59,906 bases of DNA from Promethearchaeota archaeon (GTDB lineage: Archaea; Asgardarchaeota; Lokiarchaeia; Sigyniarchaeales; SOKP01): contig JBHLPW010000011.1 in assembly GCA_048939015.1 (NCBI GenBank), positions 26,930 to 86,835 of the forward strand, given 5' to 3'. Below the pieces are notes generated by a model. That model saw nothing but the letters and a program-made list of their open reading frames with translations, had not been told where the DNA came from and did not search any database. The position numbers were made by a program, and so were the translations under genes. Below, piece by piece: positions 30,171-40,906 of the stretch (its first letter is position 1; the number at the start of each line of letters is the position of its first letter).

Positions 30171-31658
30171 ATGCCAAACAATCGTTCAGAATGGGTCAAA
30201 AATCCAAGAATTTATGAAATTAATACATGGCCTTGGCTTTATTTCTTATCTGAAAAATATAATAATAAAATTACTTTAGAAAATATTCCTGATCAATTCC
30301 TTGATCAAGAACTGAAAAACTTTGATGCTTTGTGGTTAATGGGAGTGTGGGAAAGAAGTCCTGCCAGTAAAAAAATAGCTCTTGAACATCCAGGTTTACA
30401 AAAAGAATATCATAGCGCTTTACATGATTTTAAGGATGAGGATGTTGTAGGGTCTCCATATTCTGTATATTATTATCATGTAGATAAGAATATTGGTGGC
30501 ATAGATGGTTTAAAGAGGATTCAAAAAAGACTTGCTGAGAAAGATATAAGATTAATATTAGATTACGTTCCAAATCATGTTTCAATCGATTCATTATGGA
30601 CATTTGAATCTGATTTATTTATTGAAGGAACAGTGGAAGATTTGATGGCACATCCTTATGATTATTTCTCTATTGGCGATTCAGTTTATGCTTACGGTCG
30701 TGATCCTAATTTTCCTCCATGGACAGATGTTATTCAGATTAATGCCTTTTCACCTGAAGCTCGTAGTAAAACTATTAATACACTATTAAACATAGCTGAA
30801 CTTTGTGATGGAGTTCGTTGTGATATGGCTATGTTAATGACAAATAAGATATTTAGTAGAACTTGGGGTAAAAAAGCAGGAAGTATCCCTGATAAAGAAT
30901 TTTGGGAAGAAATTATTCCTAATGTAAAGCAAAAGTATCCTAATTTTTTATTTATAGCAGAGGTATATTGGGATATGGAATGGGAACTTCAACAACAAGG
31001 ATTTGATTTCTGTTATGATAAAAGACTTTATGAAAGACTACTTCATGAAAAGGCAATCTCTGTCCGTGATCATCTTAAAGCAGATTGGGCTTATCAAATT
31101 AAACTTTTAAGATTTATTGAGAATCATGATGAGTTAAGAGCTATAGAGAAATTTGGAAGGGAAAAATCATATGCAGCAGCACTAATAGCATTAACCTTAC
31201 CAGGAGCAAGATTAATTTATGAAGGGCAAACTCGGGGCTATAAAATAAAAATGCCTGTTCAATTAGGAAGACCTGCAATTGAAGAAGAAGATAAAAATTC
31301 AATAGATTTCTACCAAAGATTATTGAATTCCATTCCTGGAAGAGAATTTGGGAGTGCTAGTTGGGCACTCTGTGAAACAGCATCGGTTAATTCTGATGAT
31401 TATTCATTTTCAAATATAATTTCCTATTTATGGTGGACAAATAATAATTATCGGCTTATTGTTGTTAATTATAGTCCAAATCCATCAAAAGCTCATGTAA
31501 GAATCAGTCCTTTTCATTTTGATACCCACAAATGGACATTCACAGATTTAGTTCATCAGAAATCTTACAAATATAATGGAGAAGATTTATACAAATATGG
31601 TTTATATATAGAATTAGGAGCTTGGAACGGTCATGTCTTTAGCATTAAGAAAGATTAG
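30171..31658 (+). CDS. Alpha-amylase family glycosyl hydrolase (GH13)
   Basis: IYEINT, GSPYSV, LDYVPNH, DGVRCDMA, FIAEVYW, FIENHDE. Confidence 0.93.
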   Translation: MPNNRSEWVKNPRIYEINTWPWLYFLSEKYNNKITLENIPDQFLDQELKNFDALWLMGVWERSPASKKIALEHPGLQKEYHSALHDFKDEDVVGSPYSVYYYHVDKNIGGIDGLKRIQKRLAEKDIRLILDYVPNHVSIDSLWTFESDLFIEGTVEDLMAHPYDYFSIGDSVYAYGRDPNFPPWTDVIQINAFSPEARSKTINTLLNIAELCDGVRCDMAMLMTNKIFSRTWGKKAGSIPDKEFWEEIIPNVKQKYPNFLFIAEVYWDMEWELQQQGFDFCYDKRLYERLLHEKAISVRDHLKADWAYQIKLLRFIENHDELRAIEKFGREKSYAAALIALTLPGARLIYEGQTRGYKIKMPVQLGRPAIEEEDKNSIDFYQRLLNSIPGREFGSASWALCETASVNSDDYSFSNIISYLWWTNNNYRLIVVNYSPNPSKAHVRISPFHFDTHKWTFTDLVHQKSYKYNGEDLYKYGLYIELGAWNGHVFSIKKD

Positions 31659-31707
31659 TAGATAAGTATTTGAAATCGTAAGAAGCTTTTAATAAAATAA
31701 TAACCTA

Positions 31708-33012
31708 ATGCTTTATATGAAAGCGATTATCATTGCCGCAGGCGAAGGAAAAAGATTAAGACCAATCACCTCCACACAACCAAAACCCTTAATTCCAATT
31801 GCTGGAAAACCCTTATTAGAACATACAATTATAGGTTTAAAGAATGCGGGAATAAGAGAGATTTTACTTGTTGTTGGTTATAAAGATAATTTAATTAAAG
31901 ATTATTTTGGAGATGGAAGAGAGAAATTTGGTGTAAAAATTAAATATATCAAACAAGAGGAGCAATTGGGAACTGCTCATGCCTTTGGATATGGTAAAAC
32001 TTTCGCGAGCAATGAACCTGTATTGTTCATGTATGGTGATTTGTTAGTAGAACCTCAAGTTTATCAAGAAATTGTTCAAAAATTTAGAGAAAAAAAAATA
32101 GAAGGGATAATATTATTGATGGAAGTGAAAAATCCCGAAGAATTTGGCATTATTTCTTTAAATTCAGATGGTCTTGTAGAAAAAATAATTGAAAAACCCT
32201 CAAAAGAGATGAATGCTGGAAATTTAGCAAATGCAGGAGTTTTTATATTCAATTCAAATATATTTAAAGCAATTGAAATGACTAAGAAATCTATTCGAGA
32301 GGAATATGAATTTACTGATTCTATGGAAATTTTGATAGATCAATTAAATGGAAAAATTGAGGGCTATATTAATAAGAATTTGTTTTGGAGTGATATTGGA
32401 TTACCTTGGCAGTTTTTAGATGCTAATAGATATATTTTAGATAAAATTGAAAAAAAAATTTTAGGCAAGATTGAAGAAAATGTTCAGATCTCTGGTAATG
32501 TATATATCGGCAAAGGTTCCATAATAAGAGCAGGTACTTATATTCAAGGACCTTGTTATATTGGGGAAAATACATTAATTGGCCCAAATGCTTTTATCAG
32601 ACCATATAGTTCTATTGGAGATAAATGTCATATTGGTATAAGCGAAATCAAGAATTCAATAATCTTTTCTAATTCAAATATCCCTCACTTTAATTATATT
32701 GGAGATTCGATTGTTTGTGAAAATGTAAATTTAGGAGCAGGTTCAAAAATATCAAATTTAAGGTTTGACAATAAAAGTGTATGGGTAACTATAAAAGGTG
32801 AACGAATAAACTCTAGTCGTAGAAAATTAGGAGCCATTATTGGTCCAAATGTTCAGACTGGTATAAATACTAGTATTATGTGTGGCAAAAAAATTGGTGA
32901 AAATTCAGTAATAGGAGCACATACATTAGTAGTAGAAGATGTGGCTCCTAATACTCTTTATTATTATGATCCATTTGAAGGTATTAAAAAAAAATCTAAT
33001 CCTTTTTATTAA
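31708..33012 (+). CDS. glmU: Bifunctional sugar-1-phosphate nucleotidylyltransferase/acetyltransferase (archaeal GlmU)
   Basis: AAGEGKRLRPIT..PKPL, EQLGTAHA, IEKP, left-handed beta-helix, PHFNYIGDS, RRKLGAIIG; clustered with glmS and glmM. Confidence 0.9.
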   Translation: MLYMKAIIIAAGEGKRLRPITSTQPKPLIPIAGKPLLEHTIIGLKNAGIREILLVVGYKDNLIKDYFGDGREKFGVKIKYIKQEEQLGTAHAFGYGKTFASNEPVLFMYGDLLVEPQVYQEIVQKFREKKIEGIILLMEVKNPEEFGIISLNSDGLVEKIIEKPSKEMNAGNLANAGVFIFNSNIFKAIEMTKKSIREEYEFTDSMEILIDQLNGKIEGYINKNLFWSDIGLPWQFLDANRYILDKIEKKILGKIEENVQISGNVYIGKGSIIRAGTYIQGPCYIGENTLIGPNAFIRPYSSIGDKCHIGISEIKNSIIFSNSNIPHFNYIGDSIVCENVNLGAGSKISNLRFDNKSVWVTIKGERINSSRRKLGAIIGPNVQTGINTSIMCGKKIGENSVIGAHTLVVEDVAPNTLYYYDPFEGIKKKSNPFY

Positions 33013-33014
33013 TG

Positions 33015-34871
33015 TTAATGGACTGTAACTGTTTTAGCAAGGTTTAATGGTTTATCAGGATCTAAATTATGTTCTAATGCCGCATAATATGCTAAAAGCT
33101 GAAGTGCGGGAATAAATGTTATTGGACTGAATAGGCTATGATATTTATCTCCTGATTGGGGAATTCGAATAGTAATATCACTCAAATCTGCTATTTTTTT
33201 ATCACCTTTCACGACTAAGGAGATTATCTTCCCTCCTCTTGATTTGAATTCCATTAAATTTCCAATTAACCGTTTATAAGTATCATCTGGTGGAGCAATG
33301 AATATTATTGGATATCCTTCTCTCACTAAAGATATTGGTCCGTGCTTTGCATGTGCAGCTGAATATCCTTCAATAAAGCGACATGCAACTTCTTTTAATT
33401 TCAAACCGCCTTCTTTAGCAGTAGCAATTGAAATGCCACGAGCTAGAAAAAAGAAATTCAGATTTTTTTCTAAATTTCTAACAATATATTTAATTAAATC
33501 AATATTATTCTCAAGAAAATCCTCTATTATTTTGGGAGTTGAATATAAAGCATTATGATATTTTTGGATTTCCTCGTTAGATTCAAGTCCAATTAACTTT
33601 GCAATCTCCAAGGCTAACAAAGCCTGTACAAAAACTTGAGTAACAAAAGTTTTTGTTGCAGCAACTCCAATCTCTGGTCCTGCTTGAGTGAGTAATACTT
33701 TGTCAGAATGTCTTGTAATAGTTGATCCTACAATATTAGTAATTGAAAGTACTTTTACACTTGGTTTAGATTCTTTTGCCCATCGAATTGCTTCAATCAA
33801 ATCAATAGTTTCACCTGATTGGGAGATGGCAATAATAATAGAGTTTTCTTCTAAAGAGTTCTCTAATTCTGTTTTAAACTCAGAACATTCGATTGCTTGA
33901 ATATATTTACCTAAAAATTTTGTTATGATGAACTTACCTGCTAATGCAGCATAGAAAGATGTTCCAGCCGCAGTTATATATATTCTTTCAGCAGATAATA
34001 GGACTTTAGCAAAATCTTTCAATGATTGATTTGAGATCTTCATAGTTTGTCTCAACGCTAATGGTTCTTCATAAATTTCTTTCAGCATAAAGTGTTCATA
34101 CCCTCCTTTTTCCGCGGCTTCAATACTCCATTCAATCTTTTGAATCTCTTTTTGTTTAGGAACATTACTATTATTAACATCATAAAATTCTACAGTCCCC
34201 GGCCCAATAATTGCCATCTCATCATCTTCTAAAATATAACATTCATTGGTATAAGGAAGAAAAGCAGGGATATCTGAAGCACAATAGGTTGTTTTACCTT
34301 TTTCTATTCCAACTATGAGGGGTGATTCCCTACGGACTGCTATAATAGTATTTGGATAATTAGCATGGCAAATAGCTAAGCCATAAGCACCGATACATTT
34401 TTTTATGGCATTTGACACTGCAGTTTTTAGATCTCCATCAATCTTTAAGTTCTCTTCAATTAAATGTGGTATAATTTCGGTGTCAGTTTCTGATTTAAAA
34501 ACATGGCCTTTTGATTTCAATTCTTCTCTTAACTCAATAAAATTTTCGAGTATGCCGTTGTGAATTACTGCAATTTTAGCATTACAATCTAAGTGAGGGT
34601 GACTGTTTATTTTTGTTGGAGCTCCGTGAGTAGCCCATCGAGTATGAGCCATTGCTAATTGTGAACCATTGGGAAACTCATCAAAATTAAGTTCTTTATG
34701 GATTTCATCAATCTTACCCGCATCTTTTTTAACAAATAATTTTGAATCAAATTGCGTTACAATTCCACATGAGTCATAACCACGATATTCTAAACGCTTT
34801 ATGCTTTCTAAGGCAATTTTCCCAATATTGATATCTTTTTGGTTTGAGACAATTCCAAATATGCCACACAT
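33015..34871 (-). CDS. glmS: Glutamine--fructose-6-phosphate transaminase (isomerizing)
   Basis: MCGIFG, LEYRGYDS, HTRWATHG, HNG, SETDTE, SQSGET, KLKE, KHGP, NLAKTVTV. Confidence 0.97.
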   Translation of the reverse strand: MCGIFGIVSNQKDINIGKIALESIKRLEYRGYDSCGIVTQFDSKLFVKKDAGKIDEIHKELNFDEFPNGSQLAMAHTRWATHGAPTKINSHPHLDCNAKIAVIHNGILENFIELREELKSKGHVFKSETDTEIIPHLIEENLKIDGDLKTAVSNAIKKCIGAYGLAICHANYPNTIIAVRRESPLIVGIEKGKTTYCASDIPAFLPYTNECYILEDDEMAIIGPGTVEFYDVNNSNVPKQKEIQKIEWSIEAAEKGGYEHFMLKEIYEEPLALRQTMKISNQSLKDFAKVLLSAERIYITAAGTSFYAALAGKFIITKFLGKYIQAIECSEFKTELENSLEENSIIIAISQSGETIDLIEAIRWAKESKPSVKVLSITNIVGSTITRHSDKVLLTQAGPEIGVAATKTFVTQVFVQALLALEIAKLIGLESNEEIQKYHNALYSTPKIIEDFLENNIDLIKYIVRNLEKNLNFFFLARGISIATAKEGGLKLKEVACRFIEGYSAAHAKHGPISLVREGYPIIFIAPPDDTYKRLIGNLMEFKSRGGKIISLVVKGDKKIADLSDITIRIPQSGDKYHSLFSPITFIPALQLLAYYAALEHNLDPDKPLNLAKTVTVH

Positions 34872-34985
34872 TTTACCGAATCAAAAACAGTGTTATCATA
34901 ATAAAGATATTTTAAAAAGTATTTTAAGATTATTGAATTTAGGATAAAATTGTTAACATAATAAATATTAAAGTGAAATTTTTAA

Positions 34986-36098
34986 ATGAACCAAGAGAAA
35001 GTAAATATTGTTGATCAGAATTTAGGAAAGCACACACAAAGCGAAATATATGAAATTCCTCAATGCTTAAATAGAGTGCTCAAACAAAAGGATTTGATTT
35101 CCAAAGTAACTACAGAAATCGTCAAAAGAAAAACACACCACATTTATATCATTGGAGCTGGGAGTTCTTATCATGCAGGATATGCGATGTCGTATATGTT
35201 TAACAGATTAACTAAAATTCCTACTTTTACAGAATTTTCAATGGAATTTCTCTATCTAATTAAGCCAATACTAGGGAAAGAAGATTGTGTTATAGCCATT
35301 TCTCAAAGTGGAAAAACTAGGGATACTATTAATTCAATCGAGATCTCAAAAGAGATTGGATGTTTAACAATTGGAATAACTAATAATTTAGATTCTGATT
35401 TAGCAAAAAAATGTGATTTCAGCCTTGGTTTAAATTGTAAAAAGGAAGAATCTGTACTAGCTACTAAAACCTATGTTGCAAGTTTAGTTATATTAGCTAT
35501 GCTTTCACTTGAGATTGCTAGAGAGAATAGAACTGTTATAAGTGAAGAATATAATGAAATTTGGGTAGAATTAGTAAGAATTTCAGATAGAATTAATTCA
35601 ATATTACCTTTACTACACGAAAAAATAAAAAAATATGTAGCGTACTTCAAAAACATTAATTACTGTTTTATTCTTGGAAGTGGTCCGGAATATGCTACCG
35701 CTATGGAAGCGGCATTAAAACTTAAAGAAGGATCTAGAATTTTTGGGCAAGCTTATTCAACCGCAGAATTTCCTCATGGTCCCATAACCCTAGCTGATTC
35801 GAATACTGGTATCTTAGGTATAATTCCTTATGAAAATGATGAAAGGAAGCAAAATATCCTAAATTTATTAACACGTTTAAAAGAAAGAGAGGCTATTATT
35901 ATAGGGATATATGAGTATTTAGAAAATGCAAATGCGCCTGAACCAGTACGTTATGGAATTGAGATTCCAAATACAGTACCAGATTTACAACCTATCTTAA
36001 TGATCTTAGCAATCCAATTATTAACGTTAGAGCTATCTCGAATAAACGGTATAAATTGTGATACACCAAAATTTTTAACAAAAGTAATGGGAGTTTAA
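34986..36098 (+). CDS. Double-SIS domain protein (GlmS C-terminal-like; possible glucosamine-6-phosphate deaminase)
   Basis: EIYEIP, GAGSS, ISQSGKT, ATKTY, EAALKLKE, EFPHGP; no glutaminase domain. Confidence 0.85.
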   Translation: MNQEKVNIVDQNLGKHTQSEIYEIPQCLNRVLKQKDLISKVTTEIVKRKTHHIYIIGAGSSYHAGYAMSYMFNRLTKIPTFTEFSMEFLYLIKPILGKEDCVIAISQSGKTRDTINSIEISKEIGCLTIGITNNLDSDLAKKCDFSLGLNCKKEESVLATKTYVASLVILAMLSLEIARENRTVISEEYNEIWVELVRISDRINSILPLLHEKIKKYVAYFKNINYCFILGSGPEYATAMEAALKLKEGSRIFGQAYSTAEFPHGPITLADSNTGILGIIPYENDERKQNILNLLTRLKEREAIIIGIYEYLENANAPEPVRYGIEIPNTVPDLQPILMILAIQLLTLELSRINGINCDTPKFLTKVMGV

Positions 36099-36121
36099 TA
36101 AGAGGGTAATATTATAAAAAT

Positions 36122-37543
36122 TTAAATTAGATTTAATTCCTGCATTTTCTTTTTTGCTTTATTATTTAATTCAATTGAACTATTTATGTCTTTTGTAGAT
36201 TCACCCGATATCCTTAAATATGGACTCGTTCCAGATCGTCTTATTAATAGCCAACCATCTTCAAAATCGAATCTACATCCATCCATTCTATTAACATTTA
36301 TTTTTTCTTTTCCCAATTCTTTAAGACACTCTTTCATTACATTAATAATTTTTTGATGAATCTCTTCTGTAAATGGAATATCTTTCAATAATTTAAATTT
36401 CTCTGCATAATAAGGGTATTCTGGAAGGTCTTTCAATAATTCTATTAGACTTTTCCCCGATTGAGTTATCATCTTAAGAATAGTGGCAATAGTTACAATT
36501 GAATCTGGACCATAGTGAAATTGAGGCCAAATATAAGTACCCGATGTCTCTCCTCCTAAAAATCCTCCATGTTTTTGTAAAGCTAGCGCTACTTTAATGT
36601 CTCCGACTTCAGTTCTTATAACTTCACATCCAAGAGGATTTAGAACATCTTCTATTAAACGAGAGGAATTTACAGGGGTGACAACTTTCTTCTCATTTTC
36701 AGATAAAGAATGTTCTGAAATATAATGTTTTGCCATTAATGCTAATAACCGAATAGGATCAACAATCTCACCAATTTCATCCAAAAAGATAACTCTATCA
36801 GCGTCTCCATCAAGAGCTATCCCAATATCTTCGTGTTGAGAGATTTTCAAAAACTTTGAAATTTGAATTAAATTTTCCTTATTTGGTTCTGAATGACGCC
36901 CGGGGAATTTTCCATCCATTTGACTATTTATAGTCATAATATTGATATTATAAATGGAGAGAAGCTTGGGTACAATATCACAAGCAGAACCATTTCCTGG
37001 ATCAACAATAACATTTAATTTACTTCCATCAAATTTAATTCGATCAGTTATATTTGAAATATGAATATCGTTTATATCATTAACTTCAGTTACTTTCCCT
37101 ATTTGATCATATTCAATTCTAATGAAATCCTTTTCATCATAAATACGTGATATCTCTTCTTCCTGTTCAGGTGAAAATCCAACACCAGATGGATTCCAAA
37201 GTTTTAATCCAATATATTCTGGAGTATTATGTGAGGCCGTAATAACAACACCAGCATCAGCGTCTAAAGACTGTAATGATGCAGCAAGCGTAGGTGTGGT
37301 TACGATTCCTAATGTCTTTACCTGACATCCACAGCTTACGAGACCTGAAATTAATGCATATTCAATAGGTAGAGCAGAAGTGCGAATATCTTTACCGATA
37401 ACCACACTACCACCTTTTAAATAAGTTCCCAATGCTAAACCAACTTCAAGACTCATGGCAGGTGTAAACATAAGATCCGATTCAGAATAGTTTTGAAATA
37501 TACGCCTTATTCCTGAGGTCCCGAATAAGATTGAATTCGTCAT
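36122..37543 (-). CDS. glmM: Phosphoglucosamine mutase / phosphohexomutase
   Basis: FGTSGIR, ITASHN, DGDADR, GGETSG, RRSGT; context of glmS/glmU. Confidence 0.88.
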   Translation of the reverse strand: MTNSILFGTSGIRRIFQNYSESDLMFTPAMSLEVGLALGTYLKGGSVVIGKDIRTSALPIEYALISGLVSCGCQVKTLGIVTTPTLAASLQSLDADAGVVITASHNTPEYIGLKLWNPSGVGFSPEQEEEISRIYDEKDFIRIEYDQIGKVTEVNDINDIHISNITDRIKFDGSKLNVIVDPGNGSACDIVPKLLSIYNINIMTINSQMDGKFPGRHSEPNKENLIQISKFLKISQHEDIGIALDGDADRVIFLDEIGEIVDPIRLLALMAKHYISEHSLSENEKKVVTPVNSSRLIEDVLNPLGCEVIRTEVGDIKVALALQKHGGFLGGETSGTYIWPQFHYGPDSIVTIATILKMITQSGKSLIELLKDLPEYPYYAEKFKLLKDIPFTEEIHQKIINVMKECLKELGKEKINVNRMDGCRFDFEDGWLLIRRSGTSPYLRISGESTKDINSSIELNNKAKKKMQELNLI

Positions 37544-37815
37544 TATTTCTATTTCATATTTATAATTATTGTTTTAAACGAATATAACAGTATTTAGTTA
37601 TGAGATTAAGAAGGATTTTTACTTTTTATATTTATTTTATGGAATTAGCTATAATTAGAGATATAAAAATATAGGGAAAGTTTGTGAAGAATTCAAAGTT
37701 AATTATTTGAGTATTTGTATAAATTCTTTTACTAGAAAAGGAAAAACTATTAATTTTTTAAAAATAATCTTTTAATTGTAAATTATTAAGATTTTATGCT
37801 TTCACTTTACAAATT

Positions 37816-39309
37816 ATGATTTATCAAGGATTATTTAACATTTTAGATTTATATTTTAAAGAGATTGACCTTTTTTACAATAACATAGATCAATATTTCC
37901 GTGATAAAATCAATCAATTTTTTATCGATAATCCTACAACTGATAGTGTCGTAAATGAAAGTAATATTAACCAAAAACTGGAAGATTTAACTAAATTTAT
38001 TATAAAATTATTTGGAGATATTGGATTTGACCAGTCTTATATTGAAACTGAATTTCTTGATCCATTCTTAGAATTACGTAATAACGATATTGAAGATATT
38101 ACTTCAATATTAATTTTGTATGAAAAAAAACTGGCACCAATAATTTATGAAATATTCTTAGAAACAATTGTCGATTATCTTATCGATACTAAGGTCGCTC
38201 CTTTAATGTTAAAATTAAAATCTGAAGGATTCTTAACAATTGAATTTATCATGGAACTGAGGAATTTAAAAGATTTAATTGAAAGGGATCATGAAAAAAG
38301 AGATTACTTAAAAAAATACATACAAATTCAAGAGAAAATTATTGATAAATTCCAAACAAATAAACAAAAGATTGAAAGTCTCGAGGATCTTCAAGAGCCA
38401 GAATTTAAACTCCAAATACTATATTTGATATATAGGATCATATTTTTCTTCAATCTTCAGAAAAGGTTTGATTTCTCTCACATTAGATTATATTTAGAAG
38501 AAAATTTAGATGAGTGGCTAATAGATGTTCCATTAGTAACCTTGAAAAATCCAGATATTTATTATTGTGGTATTTATTTGTCAAAACAGCTCAATTCTAA
38601 TGTTAATAATAATAAAATTACGGATTTTCTGAAAAATTTATTTGAAGATGCAATAGAAAGATACGAATCACCCATTATTGAAGCTACAGATGGTGCTTAT
38701 TATTTTGTGAAATCAACTGAATTGATGAAATTATGGCTCAATTTTGAACAAATAAATAGCATTATTAAAGCAGATCCAAAATTTTTTGAACCAAATTATT
38801 TGAAGAATTTAGAGACATCTCAATTAGTCGTAATCTTAAAATTGTTTAACCACTTAGGAGTCAGTAGACTCGAAGATAAGGTTAAAGCTATTAATGATGA
38901 GCTTGACTTACGAATTACGCCAGAGGGGATAAAACAGTATCGAGATGGGTTTGTCTCATCAGAATCTACTTATTATGTTCTTTTCTGTCATTATATGAGT
39001 AACTCGCTGGAAAAATTAAGAGATTTCGAACTCTTAAAAAATATTGTTTCGCGAATTTATAGGAATTTGGAACTTCTTGATTTTTCCGTTGATACAAACT
39101 ACGATTTAGTCAGTGAATTATTATATTCACTAGAAAGCCTAAAGTTATTTAATTGTATTGAGACTAAGGAAATGATAATGCACTTAGCAAAATATCTTTT
39201 TCCACAGCAAGTCTACGATGTGATTTTAGGTAGTAAGGAAGCAACTAGAGGAAAAGCAAAATTTAGGCATCTTAAAGTGGATAGGATTACAGGAGAAACA
39301 ATCTATTAA
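37816..39309 (+). CDS. Hypothetical alpha-helical protein (497 aa)
   Basis: Long ORF; no family motif securely recognised. Confidence 0.75.
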   Translation: MIYQGLFNILDLYFKEIDLFYNNIDQYFRDKINQFFIDNPTTDSVVNESNINQKLEDLTKFIIKLFGDIGFDQSYIETEFLDPFLELRNNDIEDITSILILYEKKLAPIIYEIFLETIVDYLIDTKVAPLMLKLKSEGFLTIEFIMELRNLKDLIERDHEKRDYLKKYIQIQEKIIDKFQTNKQKIESLEDLQEPEFKLQILYLIYRIIFFFNLQKRFDFSHIRLYLEENLDEWLIDVPLVTLKNPDIYYCGIYLSKQLNSNVNNNKITDFLKNLFEDAIERYESPIIEATDGAYYFVKSTELMKLWLNFEQINSIIKADPKFFEPNYLKNLETSQLVVILKLFNHLGVSRLEDKVKAINDELDLRITPEGIKQYRDGFVSSESTYYVLFCHYMSNSLEKLRDFELLKNIVSRIYRNLELLDFSVDTNYDLVSELLYSLESLKLFNCIETKEMIMHLAKYLFPQQVYDVILGSKEATRGKAKFRHLKVDRITGETIY

Positions 39310-39427
39310 ACCAATATATATCGTCAACTGCTACTTAGGAAGTTTATGACCTATAAAAATACTGTCTAAAATTATAAATTAATCCTAAACATTTTAATTA
39401 GTTAATAAAAAAAACATACCGTTAGAT

Positions 39428-40906
39428 ATGGATTTTAAAGATTTTGAATTAATTTATAAAGAAAATCGCTGTGAGATTAAAGATAAGAAGAAAATCGAAC
39501 TAAAATTAAAAGAAATTGTAGGAGATAGTTCGGTTTCAACAAGCGATATAGATATTTTAGCTTATACAAAGGATACTTCATTAATTACGTTCAATTGGTC
39601 GCTTCAAGGTCAAATTGCGGGATTACCAGATTTTATAACATGGCCTGATACTGTAGAACAAATTAGCGAGATATTAAAGTTAGCCAATCAAGAGAAGATC
39701 CCCGTTATACCCTATGGTGAAGGATCTGGAGTTGTTGGTGGCGCGATACCGATTCAAGGTGGAATTATTATTGATATGAAGAAGTTTAATAAAATCCTTG
39801 AAATAAATGATATAAATTTAACGGTTACAGCTCAAACTGGTATAAATGGAATGAATTTAGAACGGTATCTTAACACTCATGGCTATACAAGTGGGCATAT
39901 ACCGCAATCCCTTTATATTTCTTCTTTAGGTGGATGGATTTCACATCGAGCTGCAGGTCAATTCAGTACAAAATATGGAAAGATTGAAGATATTATATTG
40001 GGTTTAGAAGTTGTTTTACCGCAAGGAGAAGTTATTAATTTTAAAACTATTCCAAGAGCTTCAACAGGTCCTCAATTTGATAAACTATTTATTGGGGGTG
40101 GAGGTACCCTTGGGATAATTACTAAAGCAACTTTAAAAATTTGGCCTAATCCAGAAAAAAGAACATTACTATCATACGCTTTTCCATCTATTGAAGATTC
40201 ATTTAATGCAATAAGGCAAATTTTAAGAGAAAATATTTATCCAGCAGTAATAAGAATTTATGACCAATTTGAAACTTCAAGGCATTTTCCGGATAATGAA
40301 AAGGCTAAAGATAAAGCTATGGTAATCTTTGTCTGTGAGGGAAATAAAAAGTTAGTTGATTTAGAGGATGCAATAACTAGGCAGAAGTGTGAGAGAAATT
40401 CTGGATTTGATTGTGGTGTACATCCTGTTGAACATTGGTTTGAAACTAGGTTTAGAGTAACAGAAACTTCAGCAATGCCTCCCTATAAAATAGTATTTGA
40501 TACTATTGAAGTAGCTTCTCTATGGGAAAATGCTTCAAAAGTATATCATAATGTTTTGGAATCAATGAAAAAATTGAATGGAGTTATTATGATCACTGCT
40601 CATGTTTCCCATTTTTATCCAAATGGAGTAGGGATTTATTTCTCTTTTGGTGGTGCTCCAGGAAAAGAAGAAACAGATTTGGAATATTATCAAAAGTGTT
40701 GGGATACTATAATTAAAGCTGTTTTAGAGGCAGGTGGTTCAATCGCACATCATCATGGAATTGGTATCAATAGATCTCATTGGATGGAAAGTGAATGGGG
40801 AGATTCATTTAAAACACTAAGGAGGATTAAAAATTTGCTTGATCCAAATAATATATTAAATCCAGGTAAAATTTATACAAATACATGGAAAGGAGGAGAA
40901 CCATAA
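39428..40906 (+). CDS. FAD-binding oxidoreductase, VAO/PCMH family, alkyl-DHAP synthase-like
   Basis: PYGEGSGVVGG, GHIPQS..ISSLGGW, GQFSTKYGKIED, PRASTGP, GTLGIIT, HHHGIG, DPNNILNPGK. Confidence 0.9.
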   Translation: MDFKDFELIYKENRCEIKDKKKIELKLKEIVGDSSVSTSDIDILAYTKDTSLITFNWSLQGQIAGLPDFITWPDTVEQISEILKLANQEKIPVIPYGEGSGVVGGAIPIQGGIIIDMKKFNKILEINDINLTVTAQTGINGMNLERYLNTHGYTSGHIPQSLYISSLGGWISHRAAGQFSTKYGKIEDIILGLEVVLPQGEVINFKTIPRASTGPQFDKLFIGGGGTLGIITKATLKIWPNPEKRTLLSYAFPSIEDSFNAIRQILRENIYPAVIRIYDQFETSRHFPDNEKAKDKAMVIFVCEGNKKLVDLEDAITRQKCERNSGFDCGVHPVEHWFETRFRVTETSAMPPYKIVFDTIEVASLWENASKVYHNVLESMKKLNGVIMITAHVSHFYPNGVGIYFSFGGAPGKEETDLEYYQKCWDTIIKAVLEAGGSIAHHHGIGINRSHWMESEWGDSFKTLRRIKNLLDPNNILNPGKIYTNTWKGGEP

